Origin: a virus
Length of the DNA stretch: 64,000 nt
Direction: 5' to 3' (one strand)
Virus record (IMG/VR): IMGVR_UViG_3300030328_002321
Span: 1-64,000 of that record
In this document: in pieces, positions 27,839 to 36,956 of the stretch
Numbering within the stretch: position 1 is the first letter of the stretch
How the letters are laid out: every line of letters starts with the position of its first letter
Program-made: the position numbers and the translations under genes
The notes under the pieces: generated by a model
What the model was told of the DNA's origin: nothing
The model's database searches: none
The model's input: the letters and a program-made list of their open reading frames with translations, nothing else

Positions 27839-28079
27839 TAACTATGAGTAGGGTTTTTGTTAATGTCAATCTTATTTAGTCGTAAACTTAGACATTATTT
27901 TTTGTTTTCATAATACTTGTTCCTACTCATAGTTACCTTTAAAAAGACTCACAAACTCTACTTATCATCACTACTTTGATAGATGATGGGAGTATGATAA
28001 GAGTCTTTTATCCTTTAACAAGGTTTGTGATATACCTTTTTAAAATCACTAATTAATCCATTTAAAACCAATTAAACAA

Positions 28080-28745
28080 ATGGCAAATCAATTAAACAGT
28101 GGTAGTCTTAACACTTTAAAATTAGACGAAACTTTACTATCTCATGTACAAAAAGCAGCTAATGATTCATATCAAGCTTGTTTTGTCGAGAGAATTGACC
28201 GTAATGGTACACCACCAACAGATTCAGATAATGATGAAATAGATGCATTATCTACTCTAAACTATGGTGATTCAAGATTTCAAAGAGGCAGTTTAACTTA
28301 TGTGTATACAAGAATTACACCAGAGAGTATTGCTTTAATGAATATCAAGAATGCTGACGGTTCAAACTTTGACCTTGATGCAGCTGAATTTTCAGCTAAA
28401 ACTACAAAAGCAGGTAAAGTTGTACAAGCGTGTGATTTAAATATCTTAAATCCTACAATTCAAGAATCTACTCATCCAGCAATGGGAATGAGATACAGAG
28501 TTAAGCTTGTAGAAACTCATGAGCCAACACAATGGCAGTTAGACAACAGTGCACATAAAATTAATCCTTCAACTAAAGAAGAATTAACTGTAACTGACCC
28601 AGCAACTGGTGAAGTTAAGAGAATTTATAGTGGACATAAAATGGTATTTGCTACAGCTAACCCTAAACATATGCTTATTGCACATGATAGAGTAGCAGTA
28701 ACTAGTGAATCTAATGTTGTTCAAGAAGAAATGAGTATGATATAA
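28080..28745 (+). CDS. Hypothetical protein (possibly nucleic-acid binding)
   Basis: 221-aa ORF with a structured leader and the AACCAATTAAA motif. Confidence 0.6.
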   Translation: MANQLNSGSLNTLKLDETLLSHVQKAANDSYQACFVERIDRNGTPPTDSDNDEIDALSTLNYGDSRFQRGSLTYVYTRITPESIALMNIKNADGSNFDLDAAEFSAKTTKAGKVVQACDLNILNPTIQESTHPAMGMRYRVKLVETHEPTQWQLDNSAHKINPSTKEELTVTDPATGEVKRIYSGHKMVFATANPKHMLIAHDRVAVTSESNVVQEEMSMI

Positions 28746-28863
28746 CAGATAAGGCAATCTGTGTATTGATATAAAATGAGGGAGGAAAATCTGGTTTGTA
28801 CCTATAGGTGCTGTAATCTCAACCCAGTGCTCCCTTGTTTTGTATTTAATTTAAAATAAGTTT

Positions 28864-29112
28864 ATGGCAAAAAGATATGATATAGAGATACCATCAGTTG
28901 TGGAAAGGACTGTGGTACACGAAGAAATTATTTTTAAAGGAAAGAAAATAATTAGAGAAAGAATTGTAAAGAAAATAAAACTACCTAAAATAATCACGAA
29001 TGATTATAGTTATGAAATGTTAATGGGATTTAAGCCTGGTCTCCCAAGATATGGGAATAAAACTACAGGAATAGAATCAGTTAGTGTCAACATAAATAAT
29101 CATTCGATTTAA
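28864..29112 (+). CDS. Hypothetical protein
   Basis: ORF with an AT-rich leader after a hairpin. Confidence 0.55.
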   Translation: MAKRYDIEIPSVVERTVVHEEIIFKGKKIIRERIVKKIKLPKIITNDYSYEMLMGFKPGLPRYGNKTTGIESVSVNINNHSI

Positions 29113-29134
29113 TTTAGGATTTAAAAATTTAAAC

Positions 29135-29251
29135 ATGGAATTAGATACTACAAGAGAAATAGTTATTAATGTAGCAGAGGTAAAATTATTATGGTTATGC
29201 TTAGGTATAATGTTAGGATATGTGCTCTGCGAAATAAAAAATAGACAATAA
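29135..29251 (+). CDS. Small membrane protein, 38 aa (absent from the ORF track)
   Basis: Manual translation MELDTTREIVINVAEVKLLWLCLGIMLGYVLCEIKNRQ; TAATG coupling to the next gene. Confidence 0.55.
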   Translation: MELDTTREIVINVAEVKLLWLCLGIMLGYVLCEIKNRQ

Positions 29252-29508
29252 TGGGACAAATGAAATGGATAGTTAGTCTTGCAGAAGATGGGAGACTAGA
29301 AGAATACATGAAAGTGTATTATGAAAATTTAGCTAATAACTGTGCTGGCTTTACATATGATGGAAAGTTTTTAAGTATGATGAGAGCTACAGCGGTATTA
29401 AAGTTATTAAAAGAAGCTAGTTCAAAATATAATTCGTATCTTGAAGAGCGAGCTGAACAAGAGCAAGCACAACGAATATATAATAACGAAATAGACGCAA
29501 GAAAATGA
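29251..29508 (+). CDS. Hypothetical protein
   Basis: ORF coupled to polA by an ATGA overlap. Confidence 0.6.
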   Translation: MGQMKWIVSLAEDGRLEEYMKVYYENLANNCAGFTYDGKFLSMMRATAVLKLLKEASSKYNSYLEERAEQEQAQRIYNNEIDARK

Positions 29509-31403
29509 TTTATTTAGTAGATGGGTCAGTAGAAACGATACCTTCTCCACATTATCAGTTGGCAACGATTGATGATGTGGTTAAGTATTGTGAGAACAAA
29601 GAAATACTTGGTGTAGACACGGAGACTGAAGGTTTTGACTTTACTTGTAAAAAGATGATTATGTTTCAAATTGGTGACAATGAAAAACAATTTGTAATTG
29701 ATACTCGTATTATAGGTATTGAACCTTTACGCCAAATACTAGAAAATAAAACAATCACTAAAATATTTCATAACGCAAAGTTTGACTACAAATTTATTAA
29801 ACGATGGTCTAATATAGATTGTGAAGGTATTTATGACACCTTTTTAACTGAGCGTGTTCTTAATTGTGGTAAAGATAAGTATGGATATGGATTGAAAGAT
29901 GTATGCAAAAGATATTTGAATGTAGATTTAAATAAAGATGTGCGTAATCAGTTTATAGGACTTACAGGTCAACCATTTAAAGATGATCAAATTGTGTACG
30001 GTGCAAAAGATGTAGAATATCTTATTAAAATACGTACGCATCAACTACCTCTTATAGATAAGTATAAACTACATAATGTAGTTGAACTTGAAAATAAAGT
30101 AGTATCCTCATTTGCAGATATAGAATACAATGGTTTAGAACTAGATGTAGAACAATGGTCAAAGTTAGAAGCTCTTAACACTGACAATGCTAATAAATTA
30201 GAACAAGATCTAGATACCATGATTAGAAATGATTACAGAGTTAAACACTTTGTATCTAAATATGTGCAAACAGATATGTTTACTCCAATTGAAGAAATTA
30301 GAGATATAGATATAAAATGGACATCACCTAAACAAGTGTTAGAAGTTTTTAAATGTCTTATTCCTAATCTTGACAATGTTAATGGTAAACAAATGTATAA
30401 ATATAGATTTAAGTTTCCTCTTATTGATAAATATGTAAAATATAAGGAAGCTATGAAATTATGTACATCTTATGGTGATGCATTCTTTAAAAATCTAGCA
30501 AGTGATAACAAAATACATACAAACTTTCATCAGATACTAGATACTGGTCGTGTAAGTAGTAGTAAGCCTAACATGCAACAGATACCTGCAGATAATATGT
30601 ATAGAAATTGTTTTACAGCTCCAGATGATTGGAGTTTTGTAAGTTCTGACTACAGTTCACAAGAATTGAATGTAATTGCATTTGGCTCTAAAGATCCTGT
30701 ATGGCTAAAAGCTTTAGAACAAGAACAAGATCTACACTCAACATGTGCAGAGCTAGTTTATGGGGAAGAATGGATTAATGCAGCTGAAGACAATTGCCTT
30801 TATATGAGTAAAAAACAAAAGTGTAATTGTCCTTCACATAAAAAATTAAGAACAAATGTCAAAACTATTAATTTCGGGCTTGCTTATGGGATGGGCCCTA
30901 ATAAGCTTTCTGATACTCTTAACATCAGTTTGGATGCAGCTAAAGAGCTCATCGAAAAGTATTTCCAAGCGTTCCCAGCAATCAAAGGGTTCCTAGATAA
31001 GCTAGGTAACTTTGGTAAGAAATTTGGATATATTAAAACATTTCCTCCATATAATAGGAAAAGATGGTTTAGTAATTGGTATCCAAAGATTTGGAACAAT
31101 AAATCATCTATGATGGAGCTTGGTAGCATCGAGCGTGCTAGTAAGAATACACCTATACAAGGTGCATCTGCAGATATGACTAAACTTGCACTTATACTAA
31201 TGCGAGATTATATAAAAATAACTGATTGTCCTGTAAAACTAGTAATGACAGTGCACGATCAGATAGATACTATATGTAAAAATGATTATATAGATACGTG
31301 GACAGTTAAAATGCAAGAATTGATGGAACTAGCTGCAAATCAAATAGTAACAAACAATTTATTAAAAGCAGAAGTAACAGTTAGTAATTGTTGGGAAAAA
31401 TAA
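29505..31403 (+). CDS. polA: Family A DNA polymerase with 3'-5' exonuclease
   Basis: DTETEG (ExoI), HNAKFD (ExoII), YGAKD (ExoIII), TGRVSS, DYSSQEL (motif A), KTINFGLAYG (motif B), VHDQI (motif C). Confidence 0.97.
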   Translation: MIYLVDGSVETIPSPHYQLATIDDVVKYCENKEILGVDTETEGFDFTCKKMIMFQIGDNEKQFVIDTRIIGIEPLRQILENKTITKIFHNAKFDYKFIKRWSNIDCEGIYDTFLTERVLNCGKDKYGYGLKDVCKRYLNVDLNKDVRNQFIGLTGQPFKDDQIVYGAKDVEYLIKIRTHQLPLIDKYKLHNVVELENKVVSSFADIEYNGLELDVEQWSKLEALNTDNANKLEQDLDTMIRNDYRVKHFVSKYVQTDMFTPIEEIRDIDIKWTSPKQVLEVFKCLIPNLDNVNGKQMYKYRFKFPLIDKYVKYKEAMKLCTSYGDAFFKNLASDNKIHTNFHQILDTGRVSSSKPNMQQIPADNMYRNCFTAPDDWSFVSSDYSSQELNVIAFGSKDPVWLKALEQEQDLHSTCAELVYGEEWINAAEDNCLYMSKKQKCNCPSHKKLRTNVKTINFGLAYGMGPNKLSDTLNISLDAAKELIEKYFQAFPAIKGFLDKLGNFGKKFGYIKTFPPYNRKRWFSNWYPKIWNNKSSMMELGSIERASKNTPIQGASADMTKLALILMRDYIKITDCPVKLVMTVHDQIDTICKNDYIDTWTVKMQELMELAANQIVTNNLLKAEVTVSNCWEK

Positions 31404-31594
31404 GTATGAGTGAGGTCTAATTAATCGGGTGTTTAAGAGACATCCTTAATATTAAATGTTTGCCTCACTCATATTTAACAATACAAGTAATTACGGCGGG
31501 ACGGGCATAAAGAAAATAGAGCTGCACGAAGTGGTAACTAATTCATAACCCGTTAATACTATTGTCCGTCCCGTGGTAAATTAAATTTAAAATT

Positions 31595-31867
31595 ATGAAA
31601 GAAGAAACTAAATATTTTATAGAAGAACTAGAGCGTAGACAGCATCTAGAAGAATTATATAATCAAACTTATATTGAGTTTGATACTTATTTTAAAGATA
31701 GTGGTAAAATAGAAGTAAAAGCTAGAAATTATAGCTACGATGATACAAATTATAGTAAAATTGTTAAAGCTCCTGAAGAATATGTAGAGCCTCCAACACT
31801 TTTAACTATTAAAGAGGAGAATGATATGACTAAATATAAACTTAAAAAAGATAGAGTGGTATGGTAA
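31595..31867 (+). CDS. Hypothetical protein
   Basis: ORF with an A/T-rich leader. Confidence 0.55.
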   Translation: MKEETKYFIEELERRQHLEELYNQTYIEFDTYFKDSGKIEVKARNYSYDDTNYSKIVKAPEEYVEPPTLLTIKEENDMTKYKLKKDRVVW

Positions 31868-32124
31868 AGAAAATTAGACAGACTCAAGTAGAGTCTTTAA
31901 AAAAGACACAAAAAAATATAGGAGAAAAACAACAAACTGTTTACTCCGTAATAAAATCTAAAGGTGGGGCTACTAATAGAATGATTGCCAAGCATTTAGG
32001 ATGGGACATTAATAGAGTCACAGGTAGAGTAACAGAACTTGTAAATATGGGAATGGTTACAACTACAGGAACATTTAAAGATAAAGAAACTAATAGAACA
32101 GTTACATTATGGCAAGTGTTATGA
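31861..32124 (+). CDS. Winged HTH DNA-binding protein
   Basis: ATNRMIAKHLGWDINRVTGRVTELVNMGMV. Confidence 0.75.
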   Translation: MVKKIRQTQVESLKKTQKNIGEKQQTVYSVIKSKGGATNRMIAKHLGWDINRVTGRVTELVNMGMVTTTGTFKDKETNRTVTLWQVL

Positions 32125-33269
32125 GTAAAATAAATGCAATAAGAGATAAAGAACAAAAAGCTGCCTTAAATGCATGGGCTAAACAAAACTTTATTGGTTC
32201 TATAATTGCAGGTACAGGTTTTGGTAAGTCTAGATGTGGTGTATTAGCAGTAGAATATGCACTTAAAGATGGAGGAAATGCTTTGATACTTGTCCCTACT
32301 GTACAATTGCAAGAACAATTTGTAGAAGAATTTGAGAAATGGGGTGTATCTACAGATAATGTAGAAATACTTTGTTATCAAAGTGCATATAAATTAAAGC
32401 GTAAAAGTTACACTATAGTTGTATGTGATGAGATCCATTTAGGTTTATCTCCAGAATATCGTAAATTCTTTGAAAATAATGCTTCTAAAATGCTATTGTG
32501 TATGACTGCAACTCTTCCAGAAGAGCAAGAATACAAAGATATACTTTCTAAAATGGCACCAACAGCTTATAAAATTACATTAGATAGATGTGTAAAATTA
32601 GGATTTGTAAGTCCTTATAAGATTACTTGTATACCGGTTAAATTAACTAGCGAAGAAAAAGAAAATTATAAAAAAGTAAATAATTCTTTTGTTTATAATA
32701 AATATCAGCTGGGACAATTTGACGCTTTTAATGAGGCAAGTAGAATATTAAAAAGTAAAACTGCAACTGGTCCTCAAAAAAGAGCTGCAGTATTATTTTG
32801 GAAAGCTATTAGAGATCGTAAAGCTATTGTAGATTATGCAACAAATAAAATAAAAAAATTTAAGAGCATTTATTATAAAAATACAGATAAGAAAATACTT
32901 GTATTTGGAGGTGCTAATGATTTTACAGATCAATTGTGTGATTCTATAGCTCCTTATGCAATGGCCTATCATTCTAAAAAGACTAAAAAACAAAGAGATG
33001 TGGCCCTTGAATTATTTAAAACAGGAGATATAAATGTACTTTGTTCAACAAAAGCTCTTAATCAAGGTTTTGATGTTCCTAATGCAAATATGGGTATAAT
33101 TTGTGGTATTACAAGCAAAGCTTTATCTATGATACAGCGTGTTGGACGCCTTGTTAGATTTCAGGAAGGCAAAATAGGGGAAATCATAATATTGTATGTT
33201 GCTGATTCTCAGGAAGAAAAGTGGTTAAAGAACGCTACAAAAACATTAAAGAATGTTGTGTGGAAATAA
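32109..33269 (+). CDS. Superfamily 2 helicase (DExH)
   Basis: GTGFGKS, DEIH, TAT, GFDVP and QRVGR motifs. Confidence 0.92.
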   Translation: MASVMSKINAIRDKEQKAALNAWAKQNFIGSIIAGTGFGKSRCGVLAVEYALKDGGNALILVPTVQLQEQFVEEFEKWGVSTDNVEILCYQSAYKLKRKSYTIVVCDEIHLGLSPEYRKFFENNASKMLLCMTATLPEEQEYKDILSKMAPTAYKITLDRCVKLGFVSPYKITCIPVKLTSEEKENYKKVNNSFVYNKYQLGQFDAFNEASRILKSKTATGPQKRAAVLFWKAIRDRKAIVDYATNKIKKFKSIYYKNTDKKILVFGGANDFTDQLCDSIAPYAMAYHSKKTKKQRDVALELFKTGDINVLCSTKALNQGFDVPNANMGIICGITSKALSMIQRVGRLVRFQEGKIGEIIILYVADSQEEKWLKNATKTLKNVVWK

Positions 33270-33281
33270 TTATTTAAAATA

Positions 33282-33313
33282 TTTGTATATAATAACAGAA
33301 TTTATTATATTTG
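33282..33313 (+). promoter_or_regulatory. Bacteroidota sigma-A promoter for the initiator/DnaB cluster
   Basis: TTTG (33282-33285), 20-nt spacer, TATATTTG (33306-33313). Confidence 0.7.
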
Positions 33314-33365
33314 CTTTAGATTTTGAAAATAGTATAATAGAACTTTTTATAACCTTTACTGCCAT

Positions 33366-33917
33366 ATGAATGTTGATATAGATTTTGAAGTGTTAGAGCA
33401 GACAGGAATGTCTGCAGACGATTTTCTATATCTTTATATAATACATAAGGAAAGTTATACTAAATTAATCAATCTTAATCTTAAACCAAATTTAGAGAAG
33501 TTACAAGAAGAAGGATATATTAAGCTAGGCGAAGCACCTGATCAACATTTTATTAGACAAGAGTTTATAGATCTCTTTTCTTCTAATTTTGATCAGATGT
33601 TTGCTGAGCTTATAGGTACATATCCTATGAAAGTAATGACTACTGATAGAGGTATTAGAGTGTTACATGCTAAGGATCCAGATGCTAAGGCCAATGCTAA
33701 ATGTAAAGCAAAGTACAAAAAGATTGTAGGAGAAAAAGTATATAAACATAGACATATAATGAAATGTTTAGATACACAACTTACATTAGAAAAACATAAT
33801 CTTGCATACATGCAAAACTTAGAAACATGGATTAATAACCATACTTGGGAAAAGTATGAAAACTTAGACGAAAATGACACAAAACAAGAAACTAACAGAA
33901 TCACAAGATCCCTTTAA
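33366..33917 (+). CDS. Putative replication initiator / helicase loader
   Basis: N-terminal wHTH-like region; C-terminal ETWINNHTWEKY as in phage replisome organisers; precedes dnaB. Confidence 0.55.
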   Translation: MNVDIDFEVLEQTGMSADDFLYLYIIHKESYTKLINLNLKPNLEKLQEEGYIKLGEAPDQHFIRQEFIDLFSSNFDQMFAELIGTYPMKVMTTDRGIRVLHAKDPDAKANAKCKAKYKKIVGEKVYKHRHIMKCLDTQLTLEKHNLAYMQNLETWINNHTWEKYENLDENDTKQETNRITRSL

Positions 33918-34818
33918 GAACAAAGGGTTTAAAAGCATAAGAAAAGCAATTAGCGCATCGCTACATCAAGTAGCAGATGGAATGAATGGTAAACGTCAAG
34001 TTTATCCTACTAAATGGACAAGACTAAATAAAAATTTATTAGGTGGTTTGCAGCCAGGTAAAATGTATGTAATAGCTGGTCGTCCAGGTGTAGGTAAATC
34101 AGCGTTTAGTAATCAATTAATTTTTGACTTATTAGATAAAAATATAGGTAAAAACCTATTAGTATTATATTGGTCTTTTGAGATGCCGGGTTATCAGCAG
34201 ATACTACGTGCAGGTTCAAAAGGTATAAATAAACAAGTAGGAGAATTATTATCTGTAGGTAAAAAATTAGAAAACGAAGCATACCAAAGATTTAAAGAAG
34301 AAGTTATGAAATATGGGAACTATCCTGTTTATTTTAACAATGTTCCAAGAGATATAGAATTTATTAAAGAAGCTAATGTAGATATAGCTAACAGACGTCC
34401 AGACTCAGTTGTAGTTAATGTGTTTGACCACTCTCGATTAATTTTAAGTAATAGAGATATGGAATTACAAAAACTAAATGATGTGAGTAAAGGGTGTATG
34501 TGGATGCAAGCAAATTTAGGTTGTATTAATATATTATTATCTCAGCTTAATCGTAATATAGAATCTGAACATAGAGCTAAAGCACAATATCAGCCTTTGT
34601 TAACAGATTTATTTGGTGGAGATAGTATTGGTCAAGATGCACATGTAGTAATGATGCTTCAACGGCCTAATGATTTGTATGGTATTACAGATAAATACTG
34701 TAATGAAGATCCAATAGGATTATTAGCTGTACATATAGAGAAGAATCGTGATGGTTTATTAGGTATGATACCTTATCAAGCAGAAATGTCAACATTTACA
34801 ATAAAAGAAAGATTATGA
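33874..34818 (+). CDS. dnaB: DnaB-like replicative helicase (ATPase domain only)
   Basis: AGRPGVGKS, SFEM, LSQLNR, IGQDAHVV and EKNRDG motifs. Confidence 0.92.
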   Translation: MTQNKKLTESQDPFKNKGFKSIRKAISASLHQVADGMNGKRQVYPTKWTRLNKNLLGGLQPGKMYVIAGRPGVGKSAFSNQLIFDLLDKNIGKNLLVLYWSFEMPGYQQILRAGSKGINKQVGELLSVGKKLENEAYQRFKEEVMKYGNYPVYFNNVPRDIEFIKEANVDIANRRPDSVVVNVFDHSRLILSNRDMELQKLNDVSKGCMWMQANLGCINILLSQLNRNIESEHRAKAQYQPLLTDLFGGDSIGQDAHVVMMLQRPNDLYGITDKYCNEDPIGLLAVHIEKNRDGLLGMIPYQAEMSTFTIKERL

Positions 34819-34979
34819 TGTGGAGTAAATACTTATATGAACTATTTGTAAGAGAAAATACAGATGAAAAATTATTAAAAAATATAGAAAAATATGAGCA
34901 AAAGAAACGGGAGGAACAAGATAAAATTAGGAGTCTTAAACGAAATAAATCAGATAGACAAAAGAATGAAACGCTTTAA
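34815..34979 (+). CDS. Small hypothetical protein, 54 aa
   Basis: Manual translation MMWSKYLYELFVRENTDEKLL...; ATGA overlap with dnaB. Confidence 0.4.
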   Translation: MMWSKYLYELFVRENTDEKLLKNIEKYEQKKREEQDKIRSLKRNKSDRQKNETL

Positions 34980-35055
34980 AAACGATGAAGATAAAGTTTC
35001 ACAATTATTGTCTAGAAGAAATACTTTAAGATCTAAATTAAAAACTAAAAAATAA
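34894..35055 (+). CDS. Small basic protein, 53 aa
   Basis: Manual translation MSKRNGRNKIKLGVLNEINQIDKRMKRF...LRSKLKTKK. Confidence 0.45.
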   Translation: MSKRNGRNKIKLGVLNEINQIDKRMKRFKNDEDKVSQLLSRRNTLRSKLKTKK

Positions 35056-35062
35056 TATATAG

Positions 35063-35770
35063 ATGGAAATTATGGAATTACCAAAAGCAAAGGTTAAGGC
35101 GAGCCGTAAATCGCCTAAAAATATGATAATATATGGAGCACCTAAAATAGGTAAAACTACTGTATTGTCAAAATTAGATAATTGTTTAATTATTGATTTG
35201 GAAGACGGATCAGACATGGTTGATGCTTTAAAAGTTAAAGCTCATAGTTTGAAAGACTTACAAGCTATTGGTTCAGCAATTATAAAAGAAGGACGACCAT
35301 ATAAATATATAGCTATTGACACTATTAGTAAATTAGAAGAATGGTGTGAAGGGCATGCTAAACAAATTTATATGAAAACTCCTATGGGTAAAAACTTTGA
35401 TAAAAATAATCCTGGAGCATCAGTTCTATCATTGCCAAATGGCGCAGGCTACTTATACTTAAGATTAGCATATAAAGAATGGATAGACAAACTGAATAAA
35501 CTTGCGGATCACGTAATCTTAGTTGGACATCTAAAAGATAAAATGCTTGAAAAGAAAGGTAAAGAGGTTGCTGTTAAGGATCTTGATTTAACTGGAAAAA
35601 TTAAGCAAATTACTTGCACTAATTCAGATGCTATTGGTTATATTTACAGGGAAGGAACAGATACTATGATTTCTTTCGATTCCCTAGATGATATAGCTGC
35701 TGGTACTAGATGTGCACACTTAAAAGGTAAGGCCATGCCTTTAAAATGGTCAGAAATTTTTATAGACTAA
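35063..35770 (+). CDS. AAA_24 / Sak4-like P-loop ATPase
   Basis: IYGAPKIGKTT, IIDLEDG, IAIDTI and VILVGH motifs. Confidence 0.85.
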   Translation: MEIMELPKAKVKASRKSPKNMIIYGAPKIGKTTVLSKLDNCLIIDLEDGSDMVDALKVKAHSLKDLQAIGSAIIKEGRPYKYIAIDTISKLEEWCEGHAKQIYMKTPMGKNFDKNNPGASVLSLPNGAGYLYLRLAYKEWIDKLNKLADHVILVGHLKDKMLEKKGKEVAVKDLDLTGKIKQITCTNSDAIGYIYREGTDTMISFDSLDDIAAGTRCAHLKGKAMPLKWSEIFID

Positions 35771-35793
35771 TTATTAATTAAAACCAATTTAAC

Positions 35794-36162
35794 ATGATTG
35801 AAGCAAATGAACCAACTAATGGCACAGTTGTAAAACAAGCAACGCCACCAAAGATTACCACTACACAGATTATAGAAGATCTAGAAAATGGAATAAATAG
35901 AGATGGAATCAAAGAAAAGTATAGTTTAGAAACTTGGATGGTTACACAAATGTTTCAGCATCCTACATTAAAAGGTAGAAAAGCTAAGAAAGTTAGAACA
36001 TTACCTTTTGAGTTTGTAGATGATACTGAAAACACTATAGAGACTAGAATGAAGGAAACTGGTACAATTATAGATAGTAATCAAACTAGTATTCCTGTAG
36101 AAACAGTAGAAACAGTAGAAACTATAGAAGATACTACAAATACACAATTTACACAATTTTAA
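35794..36162 (+). CDS. Hypothetical protein
   Basis: HTH-like core (FQHPTLKG) and an acidic tail with VET repeats. Confidence 0.55.
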   Translation: MIEANEPTNGTVVKQATPPKITTTQIIEDLENGINRDGIKEKYSLETWMVTQMFQHPTLKGRKAKKVRTLPFEFVDDTENTIETRMKETGTIIDSNQTSIPVETVETVETIEDTTNTQFTQF

Positions 36163-36182
36163 TAACCAATAAATAAATAATT

Positions 36183-36956
36183 ATGGCAATACAAAGTAAT
36201 GCAAGTACCGAAGAGGTATCAGGAGGAGGAAGAGAATTCTACTCTGGTTTAACAAATATGAATGTTGTAGCGGTTAATCCTACAATGGCAGAATTACATG
36301 CACTAGATGTGAATGTAAAACAAGAACCTGCATATTCAGGAACTAGTAACGATCAAGCTTGGAATAAAGTAACATTTTGGCTAGCAAATGAAGATGGTAA
36401 ATTTAAATTAGATTTGTTTTTAAAGAATAATCACAAAGAATCTCAAACTGGAAAGTTTTTATGGCTAAATAATGTAGGTCAATCTACATGGTCAACTGAT
36501 GCACCAACTTATGACTGGTGGAAATCAGAAGGTCAAAGAAAAGCTTATGATGGTGAAAGAGAATTAATTGAATTTACTAAAGCTTGGGCTAATGTTGCTG
36601 CTGGCGGATCTGTATTTTATGATACAATGGCAGATATTGTAAATGGTAATGTAACAGAGATTAAAACTCTTGCTGCAGCGCTTAAAAGCAATCAACTTCG
36701 AGTATTAGTGGGTGTTAAAGATGATAAATATCAAGGTATTTATACTGGATATTTTGGCAGAGTTAAACCTCAAAGAGATGATTTATTTATTAAAGCGCTT
36801 AATGATGAGTATACTCAGTTCAAGAATCATGATTTTAATGCAGACCTTAAATGGGGTAAGCATGTATCAACAGCTAGTCTAGTTACACCGGACACTATTG
36901 ATGAAAATGAAGATTGGACAGTTCCTGCAGATCCTCAAGAAGACGCTCCCTTCTAA
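36183..36956 (+). CDS. Putative single-stranded DNA-binding protein
   Basis: Acidic C-terminal tail ending EDAPF; lies between the Sak4-like ATPase and primase. Confidence 0.6.
   Translation: MAIQSNASTEEVSGGGREFYSGLTNMNVVAVNPTMAELHALDVNVKQEPAYSGTSNDQAWNKVTFWLANEDGKFKLDLFLKNNHKESQTGKFLWLNNVGQSTWSTDAPTYDWWKSEGQRKAYDGERELIEFTKAWANVAAGGSVFYDTMADIVNGNVTEIKTLAAALKSNQLRVLVGVKDDKYQGIYTGYFGRVKPQRDDLFIKALNDEYTQFKNHDFNADLKWGKHVSTASLVTPDTIDENEDWTVPADPQEDAPF

Noticed and set aside
21527-31403. Introns or inteins in terL or polA
   Set aside because: Both ORFs are continuous and of normal length, with no homing endonuclease or intein motifs
27839-31579. Hairpin elements as a CRISPR mini-array or tRNAs
   Set aside because: There are no identical direct repeats with regular spacers, and no cloverleaf with T-loop GTTC or a CCA end
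36097-36130. GTAGAAACA tandem repeat
   Set aside because: It encodes a low-complexity VET-VET-VET tail and gives no sign of being a regulatory or iteron array
36914-36955. N-terminal extension of primase in the ORF track
   Set aside because: It overlaps the SSB tail, and TAATG coupling gives ATG 36956
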